64,000 nt of DNA, from the NCBI GenBank assembly GCA_963847855.1, contig CAWKBM010000001.1, positions 442,892 through 506,891 on the forward strand, written 5' to 3'. Positions 1 through 10,772 of this stretch are shown here, one piece after another. The DNA is from an uncultured Acidimicrobiales bacterium. GTDB lineage: Bacteria; Actinomycetota; Acidimicrobiia; Acidimicrobiales; DATKAS01. Below the pieces are notes generated by a model, which was not told the origin of the DNA, searched no databases, and saw only the letters and a program-made list of their open reading frames with translations. The position numbers and the translations under genes were made by a program. Position 1 is the first letter of the stretch; every line of letters starts with the position of its first letter.

Positions 1-538
1 GCTCGCGACGGCGTTGATGCGGAACAGCGTCTTCACCTGATCGTCCTCGGCGAGCAGCCCGTCGGAGTTGGCGACGAGGATGCGGCGCCGGCTGTCCCCG
101 TACGCGGCCGAGACCTGCACGATCGACGCGCCCTCCGCGCGGCGCCGCGGCGTCGGCCCGCTTCAACAGCGCGACCTTGACGGCCTTGGCGACAGACTCG
201 GGCGGGGTGATGACCTCGTTCGGCCGGCGCACGTGCTGACGCGTGAGGTCGACGACCCGGGCACGGCCCTCGCTGCCGCGTGCCGCCGCGCTGGCAGCCT
301 CGGCCGCGGCGAGCAATCCGCCTTCGGAGAGATCGGACGTGTGGGCGTACCCCGTCGTCTCGCCGACGACGACGCGAATGCCTGCGCCGCGGTCGCGTCC
401 GGAGCTCAGCTCCTCGACCTTGCCATCGTCGAGTGCTGCACTCGACGCTCGGCGGTCTTCGGCGAACACCTCGGCGAAGTCGCCGCCATGACGCAGCGCG
501 GCACCGAGCACCTTCTGAAGGACGGCTTCCTCGATCAC
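1..538 (-). CDS. tldD: TldD/PmbA family metalloprotease, 5' part (runs off window; +1 frameshift near 144)
   Basis: Manual translation from GTG 538: VIEEAVLQKVLGAALRHGGDFAEVFAEDRRASSAALDDGKVEELSSGRDRGAGIRVVVGETTGYAHTSDLS, a typical TldD N-terminus; continues after one extra C as ...QVSAAYGDSRRRILVANSDG. Confidence 0.85.
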   Translation of the reverse strand, partial: MIEEAVLQKVLGAALRHGGDFAEVFAEDRRASSAALDDGKVEELSSGRDRGAGIRVVVGETTGYAHTSDLSEGGLLAAAEAASAAARGSEGRARVVDLTRQHVRRPNEVITPPESVAKAVKVALLKRADAAAPRGGRVDRAGLGRVRGQPAPHPRRQLRRAARRGRSGEDAVPHQRRRE

Positions 539-627
539 ACGAGCCCCCTGGTTGGCGTCGTAACCGTTTCGACATGCGGATCGCTTGGCTGGAACGCCGC
601 CGCGAACGACGCCGTATCGTACCTACG

Positions 628-1008
628 GTGACGTTGGAACCCGGCCTGTGGGGCGAGGCTGATCTCGTCGTCGGCGATGCCGACACGGCATGCGCGATGG
701 GTTCGGGCGACGTGCCAGTGCTCGCCACTCCGCGAGTCGTGGCGCTGTGCGAGGAAGCAGCGTGCGCGGCGATCGTCGGCCACCTCCGCTCGGGCGAGAC
801 CTCGGTCGGCATGCGTGTGCAGCTCGACCACCTTGCGCCGACCGCGGTCGGAGGCAAGGCCAAGGCCGAGGCGACGCTCGAGAAGGTCGAAGGGCGACGG
901 CTCACCTTCACGGTGTCCGTCTCTGATGGGCGCGGTCTGATCGCCGCAGGCAAGGTCACCCGGGTCGTGGTGAACGTCGAGCGCTTCTTGGACAAAGCCG
1001 CCGAATAG
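628..1008 (+). CDS. Hotdog-fold thioesterase (fluoroacetyl-CoA thioesterase FlK-like)
   Basis: MGSGDVPVLATPRVVALCEEAA...ETSVG...HLAPT motif; start placed at GTG 628 inside ORF 280..1008. Confidence 0.85.
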   Translation: MTLEPGLWGEADLVVGDADTACAMGSGDVPVLATPRVVALCEEAACAAIVGHLRSGETSVGMRVQLDHLAPTAVGGKAKAEATLEKVEGRRLTFTVSVSDGRGLIAAGKVTRVVVNVERFLDKAAE

Positions 1009-1074
1009 GCGGCTCATCGACTCGGCCGCCGAATAGGCGGCTCATCGACTCGGCCGCCGAATAGGCGGCTCATC
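997..1074. repeat. 28-bp tandem repeat x2.8 (GCCGCCGAATAGGCGGCTCATCGACTCG), each unit holding a GCCGCC/GGCGGC hairpin
   Basis: Units read directly at 997-1024, 1025-1052 and 1053-1074 (partial); followed by a separate hairpin AATCCCGA-N9-TCGGGATT (1078-1102). Confidence 0.95.
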
Positions 1075-1121
1075 CTGAATCCCGAGTAGATGAGTCGGGA
1101 TTTCGGCGGTACCCTCCGCTT

Positions 1122-1616
1122 GTGAGCATGCCCGAGCTCCTGCGCTTCCCGAACCCGGTGAACGAAGTGTCGGCGCGCCTGGTCGCAGCAGGTGTCGTTC
1201 TGATGACGATTGCGGTCCTCGGCGGCCAGCACTGGGTGCTCGTGCCGCTCGCCTACGGCTTCGTCGCCCGGCTCGCCGCGGGGCCGAGGTTCAGCCCGCT
1301 CGGCCTCCTCGTCACCAAGGTCGTCACGCCTCGATTGCGGATCGAGCCCAAGCTCGTCCCCGGCCCGCCGAAGCGCTTTGCGCAGGGCATCGGTGCGGTG
1401 CTGTCGGTGAGCGCGCTCATCTCTTGGACCGCGTTCGACAACACGACGGTGGCGCTCGTGCTCGTCGCCGCGATCACGATCGCCGCAACACTCGAGTCGG
1501 TCTTCGCCTACTGCCTGGGATGCAAGGCCTTCGCGCTGCTGATGCGCGTCGGCATCATCCCGCCCGAGGTGTGCGAGGCGTGCAACGACCTGTCACTCCG
1601 ACGGGTCGCTGCGTAG
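1122..1616 (+). CDS. DUF4395 family membrane protein
   Basis: FPNPVNEVSAR...GPPKRFAQGIG...LESVFAYCLGC motifs; TACCCT -10 box 6 nt before GTG 1122. Confidence 0.85.
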   Translation: MSMPELLRFPNPVNEVSARLVAAGVVLMTIAVLGGQHWVLVPLAYGFVARLAAGPRFSPLGLLVTKVVTPRLRIEPKLVPGPPKRFAQGIGAVLSVSALISWTAFDNTTVALVLVAAITIAATLESVFAYCLGCKAFALLMRVGIIPPEVCEACNDLSLRRVAA

Positions 1617-1637
1617 ACCGAACACATCAAGAGGGCG

Positions 1638-3268
1638 CTACCCGAGGTTCGAAGACCGCGGGTACACGTCGGTGGGATCGGTCATCACGTTGACGAGATA
1701 GGGCACCGCAGCCGCGAACGCCCGGTCGAGCGCGGGACCCACCTCGTCGGGAGCGCGCACCGTCTCGCCCGCGCCACCGAGGGCCTTCACGATCTCGTCG
1801 TAGCGGGTCTCAGGCTGCAGGTCGCACGCGACGTCGTAGCCGTAGATCGCCTGCATCGGATACTTCTCGAGCCCCCAACACCCGTTGTTGCCGACGACCA
1901 TCACCACCGGGAGGTTGTGTCGCACGAGCGTGTCGACGTCCATGAGCGAGAACCCTGCGGCGCCGTCGCCGAGCATCACGACGATCTGGGCGTCCGGCCG
2001 GGCGACGCGCGCGGCCATCGCGTATCCCTGCCCGTTGCCGAGACAGCCGTATGGGCCGGTGTCGAGCCAGCAACCCGGCGTGTAGACCTCGACGTACTTG
2101 CCGGCGTAGGACACGAAGTCACCGCCGTCGCAGATCACGACCGCATTGCGGGCAAGGCGCTTGCTGCAGCTCGCCGTACACGCGGGTCGGCTTGATCGCG
2201 TCGCCGCCCGCGTCGAGCAGCAGGCGTTCGGTCGCCGCCGCCTTCGTCTCCGCGTCGCGTACACGTGCGATCCAGGGCTCGTGGTCGACCCGCGCGCCGC
2301 CGCTCCATGCCGTCATCCCGTCGAGGATGGTCGTGAGGTCGCCGGCGGGCGAGGCCGCGGTGGTCACGTGCCGCGGCCCGGCTCTCGGGCGCATCGCAGA
2401 TGTGCACGACGCGGGCGTCGCCGAACCGTCCGAACCCGAGGCGGAAGTCGAGCGCGGTGCCGATGACGACGACGAGATCGGCGTCGGACTTCAGCAACGA
2501 GCGTGTGCGGGTGAACGCGAGCTCGTGGTCGGCGGGGAGGCAGCCGCGCCCGAGGCCGTTGAACCAGCACGGCACGCGCATCGTCTCGACGAAGCGAGCG
2601 AGCGCCGGCCATGCACCCTCCCAGTAGACGTCGCTGCCCACGATGATCGCCGGACGCTCCGCGGCAGCGATCGCCGCGGCCGCCGCGGCGACGTCGTCGG
2701 GGTCGGGGTCGACACCGCGCGGCACGGTGCCGTTCGCGTCGGGAGCCGTCGCCGAGCCGAAGATCACGTCCATCGGGAAGTCGACGAACACCGGGCCGCG
2801 ATGCGGGGTCATCGCGGTGGTGACCGCGTGCTGGATCTCCTTCGCGGTGTCGCCCGGCGCCGTCACCGTGCGGGCGGACTTCGTGATCGACGCGACGATC
2901 GGCACGTGATCGAGCTCCTGCAACGATCCCGAACCCCACCGAGCCTGCGGTGCACGCCCTCCCAACACGACGAGCGGCGTGCCGTTGAAGTGGGCAGTGG
3001 TCATCGCGCTCACGCCGTTCGTGACCCCGGGGCCAGCGGTGAGCACGGCGAGGCCCGGCTTGCGGGTGAGCTTGGCCCACCCTTCGGCGGCGAACGTGGC
3101 CGTCTGCTCGTGGCGGACATCGACGATCCGCACGTCCTGCTTCACCGCTGCGTCGTAGAGCGGCCAGACGTGACCGCCGTTGAGTGTGAACATCACGTCG
3201 ACGCCGTAGCCGCGCAGCACCTCGAGCGCGGCGTCGCCTGAGTGGTGAGGTGTCCCGCTGTCGGTCAT
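1638..3268 (-). CDS. TPP-dependent acetolactate synthase-like / 2-hydroxyacyl-CoA lyase family enzyme (frameshifts near 2164 and 2372)
   Basis: [29 protein letters not shown] and C-terminal GDGAAGF...NN TPP motif spread across three ORF frames. Confidence 0.85.
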
Positions 3269-4107
3269 GCCGCTGCTCCCTGCTGCACTCGGTCGAGGAA
3301 CCCTGAGAGCGCTGCCCACCACGCGTCGGGCGCCTCGAACTGCGGCGAGTGCCCGCCGTCGGCGATGACCGCGAGGCTCGCGCCCGGCATCACATCGGCC
3401 ATGCGCTCGGATGGGCCGACGAAGGGGACATCCTGCTCGCCGACGATCACGAGCGTCGGAGTCGTGTGTGCGGCGAGCCGCTCGAGCCGGTCGGCGACCG
3501 ACGCGAACTGCCCGAGCACGGAAGCGACCATCGCCGGGGAGCTCGCAAGCAGCTTGCGGTCGCCGAACTCCGCGTAGCCGGGACGCGCGGCGCGCACCCG
3601 CTCGTCGGCGGGGCTGCGCAACGCCGGGTTCGCGTCTTGCGCCGCCTTCCAGGCCTCGATGCCGTTGGCGCGGACGAAGTCGACCGCGCGTCCGATGGTG
3701 GCAGGGTCGACGAGACCGTCGAGCGGCCCATGCGCGGTGTCCATGAGGATGAGCGCTTCGATGCGGTCGGGCGCCCCGAGCAGCATGTGCTGGGCGATCA
3801 TCCCGCCCATCGAGTGACCGAGCAGCGTGAAGTGGTTCCACCCCAACGCGTCGGCGAGGCCGAAGAGATCTCCCGCGAAGATCGGCAGCGTGTACGCGCG
3901 CTCATCGTCCGGCTTGTCGCTCGCGCCGTGCCCTCGGAGGTCGGGTGCGACCACGTGCCGCCCGCGCTCGGCGAGCGGCACCAAAAAGTCGGAGAAGTCT
4001 TCCTTCGCTCCCGTGAAGCCGTGGACGAGCATGAGCGGACGGCCGCCCACACCTTCCTCGACGATGGCGAGATGGATCGAACCCGTGTCGACGCTGCGTT
4101 CCCCCAT
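3265..4107 (-). CDS. Alpha/beta-fold hydrolase
   Basis: HGFTG, DLRGHG, GHSMGG nucleophile elbow, GGHSPQ. Confidence 0.9.
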   Translation of the reverse strand: MGERSVDTGSIHLAIVEEGVGGRPLMLVHGFTGAKEDFSDFLVPLAERGRHVVAPDLRGHGASDKPDDERAYTLPIFAGDLFGLADALGWNHFTLLGHSMGGMIAQHMLLGAPDRIEALILMDTAHGPLDGLVDPATIGRAVDFVRANGIEAWKAAQDANPALRSPADERVRAARPGYAEFGDRKLLASSPAMVASVLGQFASVADRLERLAAHTTPTLVIVGEQDVPFVGPSERMADVMPGASLAVIADGGHSPQFEAPDAWWAALSGFLDRVQQGAAA

Positions 4108-4131
4108 GCCGGGGAGACTAGGTCGTGGCGG

Positions 4132-5112
4132 TCAGCCGCCCTGCGGCTGCATGTTCTCGGACAGCTTCGCGAGCCCGCTCGCGTCGCCGACCTGATCGGC
4201 GGGCGGGGGCTGGATGTCGACCGACTTGCCGAGGTCGAGGAAGTCGAGCGTGAACGCCATGCCGCCTGCGCTCGGCGGCGCCGCGTCACCACCGACCAGC
4301 GAGGAGTAGAGGTCGCCGTCGAACGTCATCTGCATGCGGCGGACGTAGCCCTGGTCGTCGACGAACACATCGACCGGGATCTGCGCATCGCCTGCCGTGG
4401 CGCCGAGCTTGTCGATGAACGCCTGTGCCTTCGCCTTGCTCTCCGCCGGAGCGGCCGCGAGGGCAGCAGCCACGCTGATCGTCGCCTTGAAGTGGTGGGT
4501 GGACTGGCCTTGCACATCGGCCTGGCCCTCGTCGGTGACCGTCGCGCCGTTGTCGCGCAGCAGGTCGAGAAGCGAGGTGGCGTCAGAAAGACCGCTGCTC
4601 AGCTGATCGGTGACCTGGCCGCCGCCCTTGTCGGCGGGGAGCTTGATCCACGGCTTGGCGTTGTCGCCGCCGAGAAACGCGGAGAAGACCGCCGCGTGGA
4701 GGTACACCGCGTCGCCGTCGGTGATGACCTCGATCTTCCCGTCGCCGAGGAGCGCAAGGCCGTCGTCGGAGCTGGCGTTGGCCGAGGCCGCGTCGATGAG
4801 GCCGCCGAGGTCGAAGCTCATCTGCGACCGCTTGTTCGCGAGGTCGAACGCCCCGGAGCCCGTGATCGAGAACGCCTTGGGAACGTCGCTCGAGGCCGGG
4901 ATGTCGATCGTCAGCTCGTACCGACCGCTGTCGAGGGCAGCGGTGCGATCGGCGGACTCGGTCAGGAACTGCGGCGTCGCCGCGGCCTGGACGACGATGG
5001 TGTCGGGGCTGGCGCCGGTGCCGGTGCCGTTGCCGCACGCGGTGACGCCGAGCGCGGCGAAGACAGAGGCGACCGGAAGAGCCACGAAGGTGAGAAACGG
5101 CTTGCGGGACAC
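4132..5112 (-). CDS. LppX/LprAFG-like lipoprotein
   Basis: Signal peptide with lipobox VTAC; KPWIKL, VDVFVDDQGYVRRM, DLGKSVDIQPPP. Confidence 0.7.
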   Translation of the reverse strand: MSRKPFLTFVALPVASVFAALGVTACGNGTGTGASPDTIVVQAAATPQFLTESADRTAALDSGRYELTIDIPASSDVPKAFSITGSGAFDLANKRSQMSFDLGGLIDAASANASSDDGLALLGDGKIEVITDGDAVYLHAAVFSAFLGGDNAKPWIKLPADKGGGQVTDQLSSGLSDATSLLDLLRDNGATVTDEGQADVQGQSTHHFKATISVAAALAAAPAESKAKAQAFIDKLGATAGDAQIPVDVFVDDQGYVRRMQMTFDGDLYSSLVGGDAAPPSAGGMAFTLDFLDLGKSVDIQPPPADQVGDASGLAKLSENMQPQGG

Positions 5113-5272
5113 GAGGTCCTCCTATGCGAGCGAAGCGCGGTGCTCAGGGGAAGCCAGTGGCAGCCTAGGGCAACGCGTGGTTGTGTATCGGCGACGCGTG
5201 ATGAAGTCCGATCGGCAGTTCGCGCCCTTAGGCTGAGCGAATTCCGCCGTCGCAGAGGGGTCTGGGGGCGGT

Positions 5273-6112
5273 GTGAGCGACGAAGGGAAGCCGGTGACGC
5301 AGGTCGTCGACGAGCAGCGCGCATCTGAGCCATTCGCCGTCGCGCCGCGCCGCCTCTACTGGTGGCGCGAGGTGCTCTACGTCCTCGCCTTCTACGGGGT
5401 CTACTCCTTCATCCGCAACCAGTTCGGCTCAGCCTCGGTGTCCGACGACGAAGCCTTCGCCAAGGCGCGCCACATCATCCGCATCGAGGAGCTCCTGCAC
5501 ATCTTCCACGAGCAGGCCATCCAGAGCGCGGTGCTCGGCTGGCACTGGTTCATGGTCTTCTGGAACGTGTACTACGGCAGCTTCCACTTCGTGGTCACGG
5601 CGGTCGCGCTGATCTGGATGTTCCGGTCGTTCCCGAAGCGCTATCCCCTCTGGCGGAACACCCTGGCGTTCACCACGGGCTTCGCGCTCATCGGCTTCGC
5701 CACCTTCCCGCTGATGCCGCCCAGGCTGCTCCCCGGGTTCTACGGATTCGTGGACACGCTCGACAAGTTCGGCACGCTCTGGTCGTTCGACTCGGGCGCG
5801 ATGTCCAAGCTCTCGAACCAGTACGCCGCGATGCCCTCGTTGCACTGCGCGTGGGCGATGTGGTGTGTGCTCGTGATGTGGCCGCAGCTGAAGGCGAGCT
5901 GGTCGAGGGCGTTGCTGGTCCTGTACCCGATCGCGACGGTGTACTGCATCGTCGTCACCGCCAACCACTACTTCCTCGACGCGATCGGCGGCTTCCTCAC
6001 GCTGACGCTCGGGTTCTGCGCAGCGAAGATGTTCACCTCCTGGACCGACCGCCGGTGGGCGGCGAAGCACCCCGCTGCGGCTGCCGACGCGTCGGTGCCC
6101 GCTAACGCCTGA
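5273..6112 (+). CDS. PAP2 family phosphatase / inositol phosphorylceramide synthase-like membrane protein
   Basis: FPLMPPRL, AAMPSLH, TANHYFLD motifs. Confidence 0.85.
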   Translation: MSDEGKPVTQVVDEQRASEPFAVAPRRLYWWREVLYVLAFYGVYSFIRNQFGSASVSDDEAFAKARHIIRIEELLHIFHEQAIQSAVLGWHWFMVFWNVYYGSFHFVVTAVALIWMFRSFPKRYPLWRNTLAFTTGFALIGFATFPLMPPRLLPGFYGFVDTLDKFGTLWSFDSGAMSKLSNQYAAMPSLHCAWAMWCVLVMWPQLKASWSRALLVLYPIATVYCIVVTANHYFLDAIGGFLTLTLGFCAAKMFTSWTDRRWAAKHPAAAADASVPANA

Positions 6113-7232
6113 GGCCGTTCGGCCCGCTCCACTCCACAGGCGTGCCGTGGAACCCACACAGCGCGATGAGGCGTTCGCGTCCCCCCGGCCAGGTCGTCAG
6201 CGTCACGTTCGCGCGGCCCGCGACCCATCCGGGCTCCATGCGCAGCCACGCGACGGGCGCATCGGGAGTCGCTCGATTGCCGGCATCGGCGATGGCCTGG
6301 GCCACCGCGGCGCGGTTCGCCTTGTTCATGTACTGCATGACGATCGAGTGGTACACGACCGTTGCCGCTCCGTCAGCCGGCTCCGCGAGCTTGTGACCGA
6401 GCCAGGGCGCGGCTTCCTGCTGATCGATCGTGGCCGGGGCTGACCGGGCGACCTCGATCGCGGCATCGAGGATGCGCAGGCGCTCGACCTGATCGGGCCA
6501 CACGAACGAGCGCAGCTTCTGGCGGCCTTCTTCCCCGATCGCATCGATCGGCTTCGGATCGCATCCGGCACGTTCGACGACGAGGCCCTCACTCGACGGA
6601 GCATCGCTCCAAGGTCGCGGCATTCCCGCCCATCGGTCCGCGAGACGCACCGGCGACGCGTCGCTGCCCCAGCTGTCGCTGCCGTCTTCGTAGTGGAACT
6701 GGTCCCACCGCATGTTGAGGCCCGCGCTCGCCCCGACCTCGAGCACTCGGAGCGGGTGGCCAGTCTCGATCGCGACGGTCAGGAAGGCCGGCGCGAGGGC
6801 GGCAGCCCGCCCGACCTCGTTCGTCTGGACGCCGTCGGCGAGACGGGTGCGGAGCAGATCGACGTGTGCCGCGACGGTCGAGCGAAACGCCGGCCAAGGA
6901 TCACCGGCTTCGAGCGAGCCGCCGGCCGACGGGTAGAACGCGGCGAGCTCAGGGGCGTCACCCTCGAGTGCGAGGCGGTGCACGCCACCGACGAACCGAA
7001 GCACGAGTGCGGTGCCGAGCGGGTCCTTCTCGTGGCCACGCAGCACGTCGAGGCACGGGCCTCCATCGTCCGCGTCGGAGGCCGCTGCCGCGAGCAGGGT
7101 GGCATAGAGGGGGGAGCCGTTGACCGCGCACTGCTCGGCCTGGAAGCGCAGCAGCGTGGGGAAGTCGGTCGATTCCGGCCGAGGGACCTCGGAAGCGCTC
7201 GCGTCAGAAGACCCTGGGTCAGAAGATGGCAT
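6102..7232 (-). CDS. DUF2332 family protein (methyltransferase-like fold)
   Basis: GSPLYA, QTNEVGR, LEVGASAGLN, VYHSIVMQY. Confidence 0.85.
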   Translation of the reverse strand: MPSSDPGSSDASASEVPRPESTDFPTLLRFQAEQCAVNGSPLYATLLAAAASDADDGGPCLDVLRGHEKDPLGTALVLRFVGGVHRLALEGDAPELAAFYPSAGGSLEAGDPWPAFRSTVAAHVDLLRTRLADGVQTNEVGRAAALAPAFLTVAIETGHPLRVLEVGASAGLNMRWDQFHYEDGSDSWGSDASPVRLADRWAGMPRPWSDAPSSEGLVVERAGCDPKPIDAIGEEGRQKLRSFVWPDQVERLRILDAAIEVARSAPATIDQQEAAPWLGHKLAEPADGAATVVYHSIVMQYMNKANRAAVAQAIADAGNRATPDAPVAWLRMEPGWVAGRANVTLTTWPGGRERLIALCGFHGTPVEWSGPNGLRR

Positions 7233-7986
7233 AGCCGCCGTCCAGCACGAGCACGTCGCCGGTGTGGTACTTCGACGCATCGCTCGCGAGGTACACCGCG
7301 ACTCCGGCGAAGTCGTCGCCGGTTCCCCACCGTCGCAGCGGCACGCGCGGCAGCACCTTGTCGACGAACTTGTCCCATCCGAACGCGGGCGCGGTCATCG
7401 GCGTCTCGATCCATCCGGGAAGGATCGCGTTGGCGCGGATGCCGTCGCGAGCGTGCTCGACCGCGATGCCCTTCATGAGCGCGATGACCGCTCCTTTGGA
7501 CGACGCATACGGTTGGTTGCGTGGCGCGCCCATGAGCGTGGAGCCGGAGGTCGTCACCGCGATGCTGCCGCCTTCGCCGCGGTCGACCATGTGACGCACC
7601 GCGGCGCGCAGCGTGAAGAAGACGCCGTCGAGGTTGACGCGCAGCACCTTGTGCCAGTCCTCGGTCGGGAGCTCGATGAACTTGAAGCCGCCGCCGCCGA
7701 TGCCGGCGTTCGCGAAGCACGAGTCGACCTTCCCCAGTGCCTCGAGCGTCGCCGCGAACGACGCCTCGACCTGCGCTTCGTCGCCCACGTCGCACTTGAG
7801 CGCCAGCACCTTCGTGCCGTGCTGCGAGAGCTGTTCGGCCGCAGCGCTGTTCTTGGACTCGTTGGTGCCCCAGATCGCGACGTCGGCGCCGTGCGCGGCG
7901 AGGCCCTCGGCCATCCCGAGCCCGATGCCACTGTTTCCGCCGGTCACGAGGGCCACATGGCCCGACAGATCGAAGAGGTCTCCCAC
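7219..7986 (-). CDS. SDR family oxidoreductase
   Basis: TGGNSGIG, YASSK, PGWIET; start GTG 7986. Confidence 0.9.
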   Translation of the reverse strand: MGDLFDLSGHVALVTGGNSGIGLGMAEGLAAHGADVAIWGTNESKNSAAAEQLSQHGTKVLALKCDVGDEAQVEASFAATLEALGKVDSCFANAGIGGGGFKFIELPTEDWHKVLRVNLDGVFFTLRAAVRHMVDRGEGGSIAVTTSGSTLMGAPRNQPYASSKGAVIALMKGIAVEHARDGIRANAILPGWIETPMTAPAFGWDKFVDKVLPRVPLRRWGTGDDFAGVAVYLASDASKYHTGDVLVLDGGYAIF

Positions 7987-8100
7987 GAGCGGCGACCATA
8001 CCCGGCGGCCCGTCGTGAGCCCACGGGGCGATCCGCTCGTTCGCATGTGCAGGGCTACGCTCGGACGTCCGTCTCGCCGAAGGCTTCTGATGCGGTGCCC

Positions 8101-10009
8101 ATGATCCTGGAGACCATCAAGCAGCCGGCAGATCTGCGCCGGCTCTCGTACACCGAGCTCGACGACCTCGCCGGCGAGATCCGCGACTTCATCGTGCAGA
8201 CGGTGTCCGAGACGGCCGGCCACCTGGGCTCGAACCTCGGCGCGGTCGAGATGACCCTCGCCTTGCATCGCGTCTTCGACAGCCCGCGTGACGCCATCTT
8301 GTGGGACACCGGACATCAGGCCTACATCCACAAGCTCGTCACCGGACGCCAGGCGATGTTCTCCACGCTCCGCCAGCAGGGTGGGCTGTCGGGCTATCCG
8401 TGTCGCACCGAATCCGAGCACGACTTCGTCGAGAACAGCCACGCGTCGACGATCCTCTCCTACGCCTACGGCCTCGCCGTTGCCCGCGACGCCGCGGTCG
8501 CGGCCGGCGATGTGAACGTCGCCTCGCGGCGCGCCGGTCGGCGGATCGTCGCGGTGATCGGCGACGGCTCGATGACCGGCGGCATGGCCTACGAGGCACT
8601 CAACAACCTCGGGCACAGCGGCCGCGGCGTGATCGTCGTGCTGAACGACAACGGGCGCTCATACGCGCCGACGGTTTCGAACCTCTCGAAGAGCCTCACG
8701 CAGGTGCGGCTCAACCCCGTGTACATGCGGAGGCAGAAGAGCTTCGAGGCGCTCGTGATGAGCGTGCCGCTCGTCGGCTCACGCGTGCGACAAGGGCATG
8801 GAGGCCCTCAAGGCCGCGATCCGCGAGATCTGGGAGCCGGCGACGTTCTTCGAACCACTCGGCGTGCGGTACATGGGTCCGGTCGACGGCCATGACGTCG
8901 AAGCGCTCGAGAAGGCGTTGCGCAACGCGGCCGAGTTCGACGGCCCGATCGTGCTGCACGTGCTCACCGAGAAGGGTCGGGGCTACCCGCCCGCGGAGGA
9001 CGACGACGAGAAGCACCTCCACGACGCGCCGGTGTTCGACCCCGTCGTCGGCCCGCCCCGCTGGGTGCCCGTCGGCTACACGCAGGCGTTCGCCGAGGCG
9101 ATGATCAAGGAGGCCGAGAGCAACCCGAAGGTCGTCGCGATCACTGCGGCGATGCCGGGGCCGACTGGTCTCCTGCCGTTCGAGGAGCGTTGGCCCGATC
9201 GCTTCTTCGACGTCGGCATCGCCGAGCAGCACGCAGTCACCGCGGCGACCGGCATGGCGATGGGCGGGTTGCGCCCAGTCGTCGCCATCTACTCCACGTT
9301 CATGAACCGGGCTTGGGATCAGGTGATGTACGACACCGCGCTGCACAAGCAGCCGATCGTGTTCTGTCTCGACCGCGCGGGCATCACGGGCGACGACGGC
9401 CCATCACATCACGGGATGATGGATCTCGCGCTGTTCACGAAGGTGCCCGGGATGACCGTGTTCGCGCCGTCGTCTGCTCAAGAGCTCGCGACGATGTTGC
9501 ACGACGCGCTCGAGCTCGACGGTCCTTCGGTCATCCGCTATCCACGCGGCGCGGCCCGCCAGGTCGGCGACGACGAGGTCGGCCAGGGGTTGCACGCGCG
9601 ACTGGCGCATCGGGCCTCAGGCCCGGGCGTGCCCGAAGTGTGCTTCCTCGCCGTGGGCAAGCTGCTCGCCGCGGCCGAGGTGGCGGCGAGCGAGCTCGAA
9701 GCCGAGGGCGTGCGCTGCACGGTGTGGGACATGCGGGTCGTGAAGCCGCTCGACCCCGAGATGATCTCCGATGCCGCTCGCCACCCCCTCGTGGTCACCG
9801 TCGAGGACGGCATCCGCGAAGGCGGTGCCGGCGCCCGCGCCGCCGACGAGATCGCACGGCAGTGCACCGGCCCCGACATCCCGCGGGTCGAAGTGCTCGG
9901 CACGCCGCCCGCGTTCATCCCGCACGGCAAGGCCGACCGCATCCTCGCCGACCTCGGGCTCGACGGGCCTGGCATCGCTGCCACGGTGCGCACGATCCTT
10001 GCCTCTTGA
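8101..10009 (+). CDS. dxs: 1-deoxy-D-xylulose-5-phosphate synthase (frameshift near 8788)
   Basis: GHLGSNLGAVE, WDTGHQAY, GDGSMTGGMAYEALNN, DVGIAEQHAV, DRAGITGDDGPSH; an extra C splits it into two ORFs. Confidence 0.95.
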
Positions 10010-10772
10010 TCTCACGGGCGAGCTCGCACTCGCCCTTCGACTCGCAGACGCGGCGGACGCGATCACGCTCCCCCGCTTTCGCGCGGTCGACCTCGACGTG
10101 CGCCACAAGCCCGACAACTCGGAGGTCACCGACGCCGACACCGCCTCGGAGGCAGCGATGCGCGCGCTGCTGGCGAGTGAACGTCCGGACCACGCGGTGC
10201 TCGGTGAAGAGGAGGGCCTGATCGGCGATCCGTCGTCGCCGTCTCGGTGGATCCTCGACCCGATCGACGGCACCGCGTCGTTTGTGCGCGGCCTGCCGAT
10301 CTGGGGGACGTTGATCGCGCTCGAGCACGACGGCGAGATCGTCGTCGGCGTGGCATCGGCGCCCGCGCTCGGCAAGCGCTGGTGGGCGGCCAAGGGCTCG
10401 GGGGCCTTCGGTTCCGACGGACCGTTGCACGTGTCCGCGGTCGATCGCCTCGAAGACGCGCACTTCGGCCATGCCAGCATCCACTCGTGGCGCAAACACC
10501 GGCCTGGTCCACAGTTCGACGCGCTCGCGCACCGTGTGTGGCGCACCCGCGGTGTGGGCGACTTCTGGATGCACGTGCTCGTGGCTGAAGGCGTGTTCGA
10601 TCTCGCGGCCGAGCCCGTCGTCAGCCTCTGGGACCTCGCCGCGGTGAAGATCATCGTGGAGGAAGCCGGCGGCCGCTTCACCGACCTCTCAGGGGTCGCG
10701 AGGGCAGACGGAGGCAGCGCGCTCTCGACGAACGGTGTGTTGCACGACGCCGCGCTGGCAGCGCTGAGCTAG
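9999..10772 (+). CDS. hisN: Histidinol-phosphatase (inositol monophosphatase family)
   Basis: KPDNSEVTDAD, GEEEG, WILDPIDGT, WGTLIAL, GDFW..VLVAEG, WDLAA. Confidence 0.8.
   Translation: MPLDLTGELALALRLADAADAITLPRFRAVDLDVRHKPDNSEVTDADTASEAAMRALLASERPDHAVLGEEEGLIGDPSSPSRWILDPIDGTASFVRGLPIWGTLIALEHDGEIVVGVASAPALGKRWWAAKGSGAFGSDGPLHVSAVDRLEDAHFGHASIHSWRKHRPGPQFDALAHRVWRTRGVGDFWMHVLVAEGVFDLAAEPVVSLWDLAAVKIIVEEAGGRFTDLSGVARADGGSALSTNGVLHDAALAALS

Noticed and set aside
997-1074. CRISPR array
   Set aside because: The 28-bp units are head-to-tail with no unique spacers, and no cas genes are in the window
8770-8800. Programmed frameshift in dxs
   Set aside because: No slippery sequence is visible, and the same error pattern affects many unrelated genes
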